Source of the DNA: Bilabrum cf. latius
Taxonomy: Eukaryota
DNA length: 64,000 nucleotides
Direction of reading: 5' to 3'
Assembly (NCBI GenBank): GCA_965178125.1
Contig: OZ237748.1
Location: forward strand, 620,001 to 684,000
Below, in pieces: positions 37,597 to 50,510 of the stretch (position 1 is its first letter; every line of letters begins with the position of its first letter). A program made the translations under genes and the position numbers. The notes under the pieces are model-generated. The model made no database searches. It was not told the DNA's origin and saw nothing but the letters and a program-made list of their open reading frames with translations.

Positions 37597-39859
37597 GCCC
37601 CCCCCCCCCGGATGCGAGATGCGGCAGGTGCCTGCCAAGGCACCCAAGCATCGGCACACAAAATTAAAAAAGGGGATTGAAGCCTTGAGCTACGCCAGCC
37701 GGGAATCGCGGCGCACAGGCGACCCCAGCCATGCCCCCCCCCCCCCCGGATGCGAGATGCGGCAGGCGCCGGCCAAGGCACCCAAGCATCGGCACACAAA
37801 ATTAAAAAAGGGGATTGAAGCCTTGAGCTACGCCAGCCGGGAATCGCGGCGCACAGGCGACCCCAGCCATGCCCCCCCCCCGGATGCGAGATGCGGCAGG
37901 CGCCGGCCAAGGCACCCAAGCATCGGCACACAAAATTAAAAAAGGGGATTGAAGCCTTGAGCTACGCCAGCCGGGAATCGCGGCGCACAGGCGACCCCAG
38001 CCATGCCCCCCCCGGATGCGAGATGCGGCAGGCGCCGGCCAAGGCACCCAAGCATCGGCACACAAAATTAAAAAAGGGGATTGAAGCCTTGAGCTACGCC
38101 AGCCGGGAATCGCGGCGCACAGGCGACCCCAGCCATGACCCCCCCCCCCCGGATGCGAGATGCGGCAGGCGCCTGCCAAGACACCCAAGCATCGGCACAC
38201 AAAATTAAAAAAAGGGGACTGAAGCCTTGAGCTACGCCAGCCGGGAATCGCGGCGCACAGGCGACCCCAGCCATGACCCCCCCGGATGCGAGATGCGGCA
38301 GGCGCCTGCCAAGGCACCCAAGCATCGACACACAAAATTAAAAAAAGGGGACTGAAGCCTTGAGCTACGCCAGCCGGGAATCGCGGCGCACAGGCGACCC
38401 CAGCCATGACCCCCCCGGATGCGAGATGCGGCAGGCGCCTGCCAAGACACCCAAGCATCGACACACAAAATTAAAAAAAGGGGACTGAAGCCTTGAGCTA
38501 CGCCAGCCGGGAATCGCGGCGCACAGGCGACCCCAGCCATGCCCCCCCCCCTCCCGGATGCGAGATGCGGCAGGCGCCTGCCAAGGCACCCAAGCATCGA
38601 CACACAAAATTAAAAAAAGGGGACTGAAGCCTTGAGCTACGCCAGCCGGGAATCGCGGCGCACAGGCGACCCCAGCCATGCCCCCCCCCCCCCCCCCCCC
38701 CGGATGCGAGATGCGGCAGGCGCCTGCCAAGGCACCCAAGCATCGGCACACAAAATTAAAAAAGGGGATTGAAGCCTTGAGCTACGCCAGCCGGGAATCG
38801 CGGCGCACAGGCGACCCCAGCCATGACCCCCCCGGATGCGAGATGCGGCAGGCGCCTGCCAAGACACCCAAGCATCGACACACAAAATTAAAAAAAGGGG
38901 ACTGAAGCCTTGAGCTACGCCAGCCGGGAATCGCGGCGCACAGGCGACCCCAGCCATGACCCCCCCGGATGCGAGATGCGGCAGGCGCCTGCCAAGACAC
39001 CCAAGCATCGACACACAAAATTAAAAAAAGGGGACTGAAGCCTTGAGCTACGCCAGCCGGGAATCGCGGCGCACAGGCGACCCCAGCCATGCCCCCCTCC
39101 GGATGCGAGATGCGGCAGGCGCCTGCCAAGGCACCCAAGCATCGACACACAAAATTAAAAAAAGGGGACTGAAGCCTTGAGCTACGCCAGCCGGGAATCG
39201 CGGCGCACAGGCGACCCCAGCCATGACCCCCCCGGATGCGAGATGCGGCAGGCGCCTGCCAAGACACCCAAGCATCGGCACACAAAATTAAAAAAAGGGG
39301 ACTGAAGCCTTGAGCTACGCCAGCCGGGAATCGCGGCGCACAGGCGACCCCAGCCATGCCCCCCCCGGATGCGAGATGCGGCAGGCGCCTGCCAAGACAC
39401 CCAAGCATCGGCACACAAAATTAAAAAAGGGGATTGAAGCCTTGAGCTACGCCAGCCGGGAATCGCGGCGCACAGGCGACCCCAGCCATGCCCCCCCCGG
39501 ATGCGAGATGCGGCAGGCGCCGGCCAAGGCACCCAAGCATCGACACACAAAATTAAAAAAAGGGGACTGAAGCCTTGAGCTACGCCAGCCGGGAATCGCG
39601 GCGCACAGGCGACCCCAGCCATGACCCCCCCACCCGGATGCGAGATGCGGCAGGCGCCTGCCAAGGCACCCAAGCATCGGCACACAAAATTAAAAAAAGG
39701 GGACTGAAGCCTTGAGCTACGCCAGCCGGGAATCGCGGCGCACAGGCGACCCCAGCCATGACCCCCCCCGGATGCGAGATGCGGCAGGTGCCTGCCAAGG
39801 CACCCAAGCATCGGCACACAAAATTAAAAAAGGGGATTGAAGCCTTGAGCTACGCCAGC
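37597..39859. repeat. ~133-bp tandem array, 17 copies (last truncated), containing the 3'-terminal 18 nt of tRNA-Gly(CCC)
   Basis: Unit: poly-C, GGATGCGAGATGCGGCAGG...CACAAAATTAAAAAAGGGGATTGAAGCCTTGAGC TACGCCAGCCGGGAATCG CGGCGCACAGGCGACCCCAGCCATG. The 18-mer is identical to 50511-50528; unit length varies mostly in the poly-C tract. Confidence 0.95.
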
Positions 39860-41425
39860 AGGGAGGCCATTCTGAGCCAGTGAGGTGATTCTGGGCCAGT
39901 GAGGCCATTCTGAGCCAGTGAGGTGATTCTGGGCCAGGGAGGCCATTCTGAGCCAGTGAGGTGATTCTGGGCCAGTGAGGCCATTCTGGGCCTGTGAGGC
40001 CATTCTGGGCCAGGGAGGTGAATCTGGGCCAGGGAGGCCATTCTGAGCCAGTGAGGTGATTCTGGGCCAGGGAGGCCATTCTGAGCCAGGGAGGCGATTC
40101 TGGGCCAGTGAGGCCATTCTGGGCCAGTGAGGCCATTCTAGGCCAGTGAGGTGATTCTGGGCCAGGGAGGCCATTCTGGGGCAGGGAGGCGATTCTGGGC
40201 CAGGGAGGCCATTCTGGGCCAGGGAGGTGATTCTGGGCCAGGGAGGCCATTCTGAGCCAGTGAGGTGATTCTGGGCCAGGGAGGCCATTCTGAGCCAGGG
40301 AGGCGATTCTGGGCCAGGGAGGCGATTCTGGGCCAGTGAGGCCATTCTGGGCCAGTGAGGTGATTCTGGGCCAGGGAGGCCATTCTGGGCCTGGGAGGCG
40401 ATTCTGGGCCAGGGAGGCCATGCTGGGGCAGGGAGGACATTCTGGGGCAGGGAGGCCATTCTGGGCCTGGGAGGCGATTCTGGGCCAGGGAGGCCATTCT
40501 GAGCCAGGGAGGCGATTCTGGGCCAGGGAGGCCATTCTGGGCCAGTGAGGCGATTCTGGGCCAGTGAGGTGATTCTGGGCCAGGGAGGCCATTCTGAGCC
40601 AGGGAGGCGATTCTGGGCCAGGGAGGCGATTCTGCGCCAGGGAGGCCATTCTGGGCCAGTGAGGTGATTCTGGGCCAGGGAGGCCATTCTGGGCCAGGGA
40701 GGCGATTTTGGGCCAGGGAAGCCGTTCTGGGCCAGGGAGGCGATTTTGGGCCAGGGAAGCCGTTCTGGGCCAGTGAGGCCATTCTGGGCCTGGGAGGCGA
40801 TTCTGCGCCAGGGAGGCCATTCTGAGCCAGTGAGGTGATTCTGGGCCAGGGAGGCCATTCTGGGCCAGGGAGGCGATTCTGGGCCAGGGAAGCGATTCTG
40901 GGCCAATGAGGCCATGCTGGGCCAGGGAGGCCATTCTGGGCCAGGGAGGGCATTCGGGGCCAAGGAGGCGATTCTGGGCCAAGGAGGCGATTTTGGGCCT
41001 GGGAGGCCATTCTGGGCCAGGGAGGCCAATCTGGGCCAGTGAGGCCAATCTGGGCCAGGGAGGCCATTCTGGGCCAGGGAGGCCATTCTGAGCCAGTGAG
41101 GCCATTCTGGGCCAGGGAGGCCAATCTGGGCCAGGGAGGCCATTCTGGGCCAGGGAGGCCATTCTGAGCCAGTGAGGCCATTCTGGGCCAGGGAGGCCAA
41201 TCTGGGCCAGGGAGGCCATTCTGGGCCGTGCTAGGCCAGTGAGGCCATTCTGGGCCAGGGAGGCGATTCGGGGCCAAGGAGGCGATTCTGGGCCAAGGAG
41301 GCGATTCTGGGCCAGGGCGGTGATTCTTGGCTATTGAGGCTGATTCTGTGGCAGGGAAGCCGTTCTGGGCCCAGGAAGGCCATTCTGGGCCAGGGAGGCC
41401 ATGCTGGGCCAGGGAGGCCATTCTT
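39860..41425 (-). repeat. 19-bp satellite array, opposite orientation
   Basis: GGAGGCCATTCTGGGCCAG units, the reverse complement of the left arrays. Confidence 0.95.
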
Positions 41426-41867
41426 AGGCAAGTAGGCCTCTGTGGGCCAAGAATGCGGCCAGTCTAGACCTTTTGTTGGCATGCGACACAATATGATGCA
41501 GACCATTCCATATTGGTACATTGTATTGTGAATTGCATGTTCAGTCGTTGGATATAGTCGTATAGTATACATGTACGCGATTGCAGTTGGGACAGGCAGG
41601 GTCTCAATACCAAACTCAGTCAAAAAAGTGCATCTCATTCGATTCTTAACGACCAGTTAAAGTTATGTGCTCACCACAGGGCAGCGGTCTTGCAGCCCAA
41701 GGCAAGGGGGAAAAAAACAAACCGAACTACAACTATCCATATTTGAAATAAAAAGGGTCGTGAAATCACTACATTCCAAACAAACATGTCAGCGTCTAAC
41801 TGGGTTAAAAACCAAAAAGTGGACCAATCTGTGACATCGCTTGGCAGCTTGACCGCTCGCTCCTCAG

Positions 41868-44800
41868 TCACCTGACTGACTGGTTGGTCCTCGGTAAGAA
41901 GGCACCGAGTCCCGGAGGTGGTGGGTCCGCGAATACCCCTTTCACTATTTGGACCGCCTGTTCCAGCGTTTGGATCGCGCCCCGTGATGCGCGGGGTATC
42001 ACCGTACGCGCTTGCTCCAGCATCTCCGCCGCGTACGTGCGCCCGGTGGCGGGGTTTGTGCTGTGCGCAAGCCGCCTGAAGTCCATAGCCAGAAACCGGA
42101 TGGATCCAACCTTCGCTGAGTCGTCGCGCCGCAATGCTCGCAGGAGGCGTTTCTTCCAGCCCCGGGATCCGCGCGTGCCGGCAGCAAAAGCGCTGACCCT
42201 GAACCATGCGATCATCGCGTCGGCTCTCTCTGTCGGTGTCTCGAACAAGACCCCGTTCAGCTCTGGACTGCGCTCGATGTTCAGCAGAGCTACGCGGCGC
42301 GAGAACTCTGACCTGTACTTGTCACCGGCGTGAAGGATCTGTCTCCTCAAGAGATCACCCCGCACCGCGTACGCAACTCGGGCTGCGTCTCGTGGACCCA
42401 CCAGGCGAGGCCTGGGAGGAGGTGCGGCAGCAGACAGTCCGCTGCCAGCCGCAGACCCCCCTGCACCAAGAGACCGTACACCAATCGTGTGATTCCTAGT
42501 GACCTCGCGAGCCTGGGCAGCTTGAGCACGCACCGACGACCGAATGGCATCACGCACACTGGCCGGCCGCCGAACGCCCCCCATCAGGTGTTCCTCCTCA
42601 TTGTCGTCGTCCTCGTCGTCCATCTCCTTGCTCTCACCGTCTTCCGGTCCCTCTGGCTCCTTGCTCTCGCTGGCGGAGGCGCTCCGCCTGCTTCTCTCTA
42701 GAGGTGCACTGGGACCCGCAGGTGCCAACTGCTCCGTGCTGACGCCTCCCCCGATGGCATCGGCAGCCTCCTAAAGCAATGAGGCGCTTGGCGCCCAGCC
42801 AGGGCGTGCCTAGCTCGCTCCGGTTGCAGCACCTTTGGAGCGACCGACCCTTGATGCGGATGCGGATGCAGCCGCGGCTGGGGCACCGCTTGTCGATGAA
42901 TCGGGCACTCTGCCGTGGCGCGTGTAGGTACCTTCTTCCCAGCCCTTGTCCAGGCCTAGTGCGACCACCACGTCCCAGTTGGCCATCGTGTTCCCTCTCG
43001 GCGGAGACAGCGCAGGAAACATTCCATCCTCCACGTAGCACGTATCCAAACCCCATACCTCTATGAGGAATGCCCGTCGTCTCGCCTCTTCATCAGCAAC
43101 ACTCTGCATCAGCAGCACGCCACCGTCGATCTCCTCCGATTCGGGCTCCTGTGGGCCGGCGTCGCTGCCAACGACAGGGGCTTCGTCCAGCTGCTGGGAG
43201 GTAGGGTCGCCTCCTCCTCGGAAGATCCTCTGTACCTCCTCGTCAGAGCTCTCCATCACTAGCGTATTCAGCAACACACCGAGGTGTTTGTTTGACACGC
43301 CTAGCCCTCCACGACCGGGAGCTAGGGCGTTCCGCACACTGGCTTCGGAGACGGTGCCGTTGCTGACGGCAGCCAGAGCCCGTGCGAGGTCAGGCTGCGG
43401 CACCATATACGCCAGCTGTTTGAGGACATGGCGGTGGCCGGGCAGCGTGGACGGTGCCCTCCGCAGGAACACCGCCTCCTCGGCAAGTGCGATACCAAGC
43501 GGAGTCCCAATCAGCGTGATGAGAGCCTTGATTACGCTGTAGCGGCCTCGGATAGAGCACACGCTGTTGTACACGGCCTTGTACCCCACAATGCCCACTG
43601 CATAGCCCGCTCGCATGCAGCTGATACCATGCCGCACCAGAAAGTCTCGGACGGTCTCCGTCCCGTGCTCCAGCCGCAGGTCTTCCTCATTGGAGTACCT
43701 CCCAAGGAGCTCCAGCGCGTCTTCTTTGAGCAGCTTCATGCAACCGCAGGACGTTCCGTTTAGCGCCCCAGCTCCTTGGGTCAGCTACCACAGAGGACCG
43801 CAGGCGTGAGCCAGCAGATTGAGAGAGCTCCGAAGGATGCCTCGCTGCTCAGCCGCCCGCATGCAGCCGTACATCTGCGCAGTTCTGTCCACGAGGATGC
43901 CAAGGTCCGCCCCACGGCTAGATGGGTCCGTCTCAAGAGCAACACGGGCGAGGCACGTCTCAAGCACAGCGGACGATCCTTCCAGCCCGACGATGCTGCT
44001 GGTGGTAAGGTCCATGCAGACGGCGCCACGGTTGCTGCTTCGATCTCGTGGAAGACCGGCTATGGTGGTATAGGCATCCTGATCCAGGCAGTAGGCAACG
44101 GCTTCGAGCTTGCAGACTGTTGATTCGCGCAGCCCCCCGCTTCTTTGGACCCGCTGGAACAGGCGAGTCTCGTGAACACCGCGTGATACAGCCTGCTAGG
44201 CATAGCAGTACATCATCAGCCGCCTGAAGTACGACAGGAACCCCCGATACACAAGCTGCTAACGGAAGAAGGGGCAGAGGAAGTGCGGTCAACAAACTGG
44301 CAGTGGATTGGGAAGCGTTGCATCAGCGAGGAACGCCCAGAATTCGGCTCGTGTGTCTGACGTCTCACCCAGCGAATCAACTTGCGGGCACCAGCACCCT
44401 CCTGCAGCATCACAAGGAGAAAATAGGCAGCGGCTGCTGGCGTGGTCTTGGAGACCAGCGCACTTGCCGCACGTCTCAGCTTTCTGTTCTTCGCAAAGAC
44501 CCCGTTGAGCGCGGCCTCGTTGGTGCCGTCGGCATCCCTGGGAACCCGGCCAGCCTCCGGGTGTCCTGGGCCGAGTTGCGAGAGCAGGGCACGGGTCAGC
44601 TCAGCTGCGCTCGGCGGGCCTGTCGGTGTCTCGTTCGCAGGCGATTCACGCATCGCTGCACTTCCTGCACCCTTAGCTGCGTCCTGCGCGGTAGCAGCTG
44701 TGTCACAGGAGTCCTCTGCTGCATGACGTTTTCCTGCTTGCCGAGTGTCGCTCCCTGCGCCGTCCCCCGATGCCTGCAGCAAGGCCTCTAGCTCAGTGAA

Positions 44801-46262
44801 GCGGTACGTGCTGGCTTCCGCCGAATTCCGGATCCAAGGGTCGGCGTCAGATGCCACACTACCAGCAGCAACGGCGCAGTCGTCGGGCCGATTTGCCCTG
44901 CGTTCCGACGAGTTGGCATCGGGCTCTTTGCGAGACCCGGCCACCTGGGCAGACACCTCCCTCGAAGATAGGGACAGCAGGGACCCGTCGATCCTAGGGT
45001 GGACCACGGTGACAAGCGGGTTGCAGCGAGGTCCCTCAATACCGGGGTACATTTGGCGAGCAGCGGCCATCCCTGCTGCTACCGCGGCGGCCGTGGACAT
45101 GACCTGTGCCCGCCGATCGCTCGCCCCGTACGATGCGGGCCCAGCTCGATCGCTGCCACGCACAGCTGCCCCATCCGAGGCTGTCGTACCACCAGCATCA
45201 GCACCAGCACCAGCATCAGCACCTGCACCTGCCCCAGCCAACGCCTGTATGGACGAGGCAGAGATGCTGCTGGCCTGCGGCGCGGCAGCACCTCCAGAGC
45301 TCGAAGCCTGCTCCTGTGAAGCCATAGATGTCGTCTGCTGGGTAATGTAAGTATCGATGACCAGCACGTCGGGCGCCGAGGCGGGCCCTGGAGCAGCCCC
45401 CGACGCAGACGACGAGGACGATGACGATGACGATGACGATGAAGCGCTGGGGAACACAGCTGCCCCCCCGCCAGCCTGCAGCTCTTGGTCCTCTCGCCGG
45501 TGGAAGCGGATAGATTCGACCATAGCCTCGTCCGTCGCCGCGCGGCGCAGGACCCGTGCTGCCCCCACGCCTTGCGCGAACACGTCTCGTACCGCGAGGG
45601 ATGAACGCGGCTGCGACTAGCCCTACAGGGACCGGCGGATGGCCAGCAGGTCCTCCTCCTTGTACACGTGCGGAAGAAAGAAGGCTGCCTGCAGCTGGGC
45701 CTGCCCAGACCCGAAGAGGCGAGGGGACCTGGACCGCACGGACGCCGAGGTGAGCTGGAGGGACTGGTGGGCCTTGGACACGCAATCGTCGATCGGGAGG
45801 CATTCCTGAAACAGCTCTTGCCCCGCCTTCGCCCCGCCCTCGTGGCTGAGGAGGCCAGAGACCCCGTCCACCAAGCTGCCGGTGGACAGGAGCCCGCAGT
45901 AGTCCTTGTGCGCCTCGCGCTGCGAATTGTTGCTTGAAGCCTGGTACACTGTTTCGTTCTTGTACGAGAGGGCGGCTTCGTCCTCCACCCCTGCCGCCCG
46001 CAGGACGTCTGGACCGTGCGAGTGAAGGCACATGAACGCGCGCCTACTCGCATCGAGTGCGCCCGTGCCGGCCTCGAGCCCGGCGGAGGTGGCGTACAGG
46101 CTCCCTGCGGCTTCGACGCGCCTGGCCTGCAGGGTGCCTCCCGTGCCTGGGGCGGACCCGGCCGAGGTGAGGGAAGAAGTCATGATCTCCCGCACGTTGC
46201 GCGCCCCTCGCATGGCCCGCAAGCAGATGCCCCCGCGGATGGAGTCGCTGCGGAGCGCCGGT

Positions 46263-46297
<35 letters not shown>

Positions 46298-46924
46298 CTC
46301 TTCCTCCTCCTCTTCCTACTCTTCGATCCCGAGCACGTCCGCGTCGTAGCTCTCCGGCAGCAGGCCCGATGCCTCCCGAAGAGCCATCTGCTCGGCGCGC
46401 TCGGCCTCCAGGTCTCCGGCTCCTGCCCGCATCTGCTCCTCGGCAGCGCCCCGGAGACGGAGACGGGCGGCGGCCGCGGAACTCGATCCGAGACTTCCCA
46501 TAGGACCGATCGGCGCGCTATGGCTCCGCGGTCCCTCGCCCCCCTTGTCCCCGCGCCTGTCCCCTGCTCGCTCGGGGCCGGCGCCTGCTTGATGCTTCGC
46601 AACCGAGAGCTGCAGGCCCGGAGCAGCGGCGGCTGGCGATGTACGCGACGCAGCGTGCTGGGGTACTTCTGTTCGTGGCAATGCTACGATTCGCGCTCGC
46701 TTTGCTCGTGCTGGCGTGCGCAGGGGCTGCGCCGCGTCGATGTGCTCGCCGTCGGCCTGCGACGGCAACAGGGACCAGATCGCGCAGCAGGAGCGCAATT
46801 CGAGTGCGGCCAGGAACATCGCAAATTTGATACAATGATTGAATGTATGCGCATTCCAGAATGCCGCTCTCACCTCCATTCCTTGTACGTTAGCGCTGCT
46901 CGCTCCCGAAGTGCAACTGCTCAT
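41868..46924 (-). CDS. Large hypothetical protein (roughly 1600 aa); intron 44368-44256; true start uncertain
   Basis: ORFs 46924-46316, 46222-45623 and 45583- share one frame and are separated only by TAG. After a phase-0 GT-AG intron, ORFs 44015-43785, 43739-42810 and 42728-41868 share one frame, again separated only by TAG; TGA stop. No domain recognised. Confidence 0.7.
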
Positions 46925-47899
46925 CTCTGCTCGACCACGCTTTTGCGGCCTCGGATTGCTTGCTGCAGCACCAAAGGTGGCACTCTGATATTCCTAGCCT
47001 TCCATGGCTCGGCTTCTTGCTGAGTCCAGGGATTGGAAATGTGAGCTCGCCGCGGCATCGAAGCAGCGCTGGCGCAGATGCTCGCCCCAGCGGATGGTCG
47101 CAAGGGGCGCGTTCATCCATTGGGCCCAAAGACGGCGCTGATCCGTCAGAGCGCATCCATGTAATAACATGATTCCACCGACGGGGGCTGGAGGCTTTCA
47201 ACAAGGCTTCCTGCCCCCTCGAGCGAGCGATCGATGCTGCCTCAAGCCGGCGGATGAACAGGGGGAGACGATCGTCGCAGCAGGTTATAAATGCCGCGCG
47301 CTGTACTTCCAGTATCATCGTTCTCTATCATTCTGTTGCTGACGGTCGGTATCCCTGGCCAATCGCAAGCTAACTCGTGCGCTTGCGGCAGGGCAGATTG
47401 CCCGCGGCTGTTTTGACGACGGCTGCGCCGAAGCATCATGTTGCCTATCAGGGCGCGTGTTCAGGGCTACCGCAAGCAATACTAGAATACATGCGTTTGT
47501 AGGCACATTATGCGTGGTTGCCTGCACCGGAGCGATCGGCTTAGCATCGAGCGACGTACGGCACACGCAATGAAGGCTACGCGCAATGTGCGCTCTATGC
47601 AGGGCCTCACGGCAATCTCCACGCTACTAGTAGCATCATGTTGCAATCGTACGACACCGACTCGGCGCAGACTCAAAAACAGTCCCATAAGGGGGATGAA
47701 TTACAGTGACTCTACGGCGCGGCAGCTAGCCCCGCCACTTGGACGCCGGCGGGTAGGACGACATCTGTCAACAAAATGCCATTTCATCCACGATAGATGT
47801 AGCTGATGCGACAAAGCAAACACCGCATGCACTATCGGAGCGCCGCATCTCTAGTTGAGCCACTCACTCATCAGCCAAATGCCAGTGCATGGCGTGGGG

Positions 47900-50166
47900 T
47901 GGGCCATTCTGGGCCAGCGAGGCTGATTCAGGGCCAGGGGGAGCATTCTGGGGCATGTAAGCCATTCTGGGCCAGGGAGGCCATTCTGGGCCAGGGAGGC
48001 CATTACGGGCCAGGGAGGCCATTCTGGGCCAGGGAGGCCATTCTGGGCCAGTGAGGCCATTCTGGGGCATGTAGGCCATTCTGGGCCAGGGAGGCGATTC
48101 TGGGGCATGTAGGCCATTCTGGGCCAGGGAGGCGATTCTGGGCCAGGGAGGCCATTCTGGGCCAGGGAGGCGATTCTGGGCCAGGTAGGCTATTCTGGGC
48201 CAGTGAGGCCATTCTGGGCCAGGTAGGCTATTCTGGGCCAGGTAGGCTATTCTGGGCCAGGGAGGCCATTCTGGGCCAGTGAGGCGATTCTGGGCCAGGG
48301 AGGCCATTCTGGGCCAGTGAGGTGATTCTGGGCCAGGGAAGCCATTCTGGGCCAGGGAGGCCATTCTGGGCCAGGGAGGCCATTCTGGGCCAGGGAGGCC
48401 ATTCTGGGCCAGGGAGGCCATTCTGAGCCAGTGAGGCCATTCTGGGGCATGTAGGCCATGTTGGGCCAGGGAGGCCATTCTGGGCCAGTGAGGCCATTCT
48501 GGGCCAGGGAGGCGATTCTGGGTCAGGGAGGCCATTCTGGGCCAGGGAGGCGATTCTGGGGCAGGGAGGCGATTCTGGGTCAGGGAGGCCATTCTGGGCC
48601 AGTGAGGCCATTCTGGGGCATGTAGGCCATTCTGGGCCAGGGAGGCCATTCTGGGCCAGTGAGGCCATTCTGGGCCAGGGAGGCGATTCTGAGCCAGTGA
48701 GGCCATTCTGGGGCAGGGAGGCGATTCTGAGCCAGTGAGGCGATTCTGGGTCAGGGAGGCCATTCTGAGCCAGTGAGGCGATTCTGGGCCAGGGAGGCGA
48801 TTTTGGGCCAGGGAAGCCGTTCTGGGCCAGGGAGGCGATTTTGGGCCAGGGAGGCGATTCTGAGCCAGTGAGGCCATTCTGGGCCTGGGAGGCGATTCTG
48901 CGCCAGGGAGGCCATTCTGAGCCAGTGAGGTGATTCTGGGCCAGGGAGGCCATTCTGGGCCAGGGAGGCGATTCTGGGCCAGGGAAGCGATTCTGGGCCA
49001 ATGAGGCCATTCTGGGCCAGGGAGGCCATTCTGGGCCAGGGAGGCCATTCTGGGCCAGGGAGGCCATTCTGGGCCAGTGAGGCCATTCTGGGGCATGTAG
49101 GCCATGTTGGGCCAGGGAGGCCATTCTGGGCCAGTGAGGCCATTCTGGGCCAGGGAGGCGATTCTGGGTCAGGGAGGCCATTCTGGGCCAGGGAGGCGAT
49201 TCTGGGGCAGGGAGGCGATTCTGGGTCAGGGAGGCCATTCTGGGCCAGTGAGGCCATTCTGGGGCATGTAGGCCATTCTGGGCCAGGGAGGCCATTCTGG
49301 GCCAGTGAGGCCATTCTGGGCCAGGGAGGCGATTCTGAGCCAGTGAGGCCATTCTGGGGCAGGGAGGCGATTCTGAGCCAGTGAGGCGATTCTGGGTCAG
49401 GGAGGCCATTCTGAGCCAGTGAGGCGATTCTGGGCCAGGGAGGCGATTTTGGGCCAGGGAAGCCGTTCTGGGCCAGGGAGGCGATTTTGGGCCAGGGAGG
49501 CGATTCTGAGCCAGTGAGGCCATTCTGGGCCTGGGAGGCGATTCTGCGCCAGGGAGGCCATTCTGAGCCAGTGAGGTGATTCTGGGCCAGGGAGGCCATT
49601 CTGGGCCAGGGAGGCGATTCTGGGCCAGGGAAGCGATTCTGGGCCAATGAGGCCATGCTGGGCCAGGGAGGCCATTCTGGGCCAGGGAGGGCATTCGGGG
49701 CCAAGGAGGCGATTCTGGGCCAAGGAGGCGATTTTGGGCCTGGGAGGCCATTCTGGGCCAGGGAGGCCAATCTGGGCCAGTGAGGCCAATCTGGGCCAGG
49801 GAGGCCATTCTGGGCCAGGGAGGCCATTCTGAGCCAGTGAGGCCATTCTGGGCCAGGGAGGCCAATCTGGGCCAGGGAGGCCATTCTGGGCCAGGGAGGC
49901 CATTCTGAGCCAGTGAGGCCATTCTGGGCCAGGGAGGCCAATCTGGGCCAGGGAGGCCATTCTGGGCCGTGCTAGGCCAGTGAGGCCATTCTGGGCCAGG
50001 GAGGCGATTCGGGGCCAAGGAGGCGATTCTGGGCCAAGGAGGCGATTCTGGGCCAGGGCGGTGATTCTTGGCTATTGAGGCTGATTCTGTGGCAGGGAAG
50101 CCGTTCTGGGCCCAGGAAGGCCATTCTGGGCCAGGGAGGCCATGCTGGGCCAGGGAGGCCATTCTT
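47900..50166 (-). repeat. 19-bp satellite array with an internal 646-bp (34-unit) higher-order duplication
   Basis: The variant GGGGCATGTAGGCCATGTTGGG and the following variant order recur at 48441 and 49087. Confidence 0.9.
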
Positions 50167-50510
50167 AGGCAAGTAGGCCTCTGTGGGCCAAGAATGCGGC
50201 CAGTCTAGACCTTTTGTTGGCATGCGACACAATATGATGCAGACCATTCCATATTGGTACATTGTATTGTGAATTGCATGTTCAGTCGTTGGATATAGTC
50301 GTATAGTATACATGTACGCGATTGCAGTTGGGACAGGCAGGGTCTCAATACCAAACTCAGTCAAAAAAGTGCATCTCATTCGATTCTTAACGACCAGTTA
50401 AAGTTATGTGCTCACCACAGGGCAGCGGTCTTGCAGCCCAAGGCAAGGGGGAAAAAAACAAACCGAACTACAACTATCCATATTTGAAATAAAAAGGGTC
50501 GTGAAATCAC

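Larger units (their letters stand above)
39860..50510 (-). mobile_element. Candidate 10.65-kb insertion at the 3' end of tRNA-Gly, with composite terminal direct repeats and one large internal gene
   Basis: Flanked by (C)TACGCCAGC at 39850-39859 and 50510-50519; ~40770-41772 is near-identical to ~49511-50513 (offset 8741). No recognisable transposase or RT. Confidence 0.5.

Noticed and set aside
37597-39859. CRISPR array
   Set aside because: Whole units repeat with no unique spacers, there are no cas genes, and the context is eukaryotic.
33438-50379. Long ORFs of repeating SLAQNGLPGPEWPPWPRMA, and ORFs over the 133-bp array
   Set aside because: They are translations of stop-poor satellites open in several frames at once; the 19-bp unit is not a multiple of 3.
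39860-50510. Canonical LTR retrotransposon with a tRNA primer-binding site
   Set aside because: No gag, RT or integrase motifs and no TG..CA ends; the internal gene has an intron; the tRNA match lacks CCA and lies outside the repeats.
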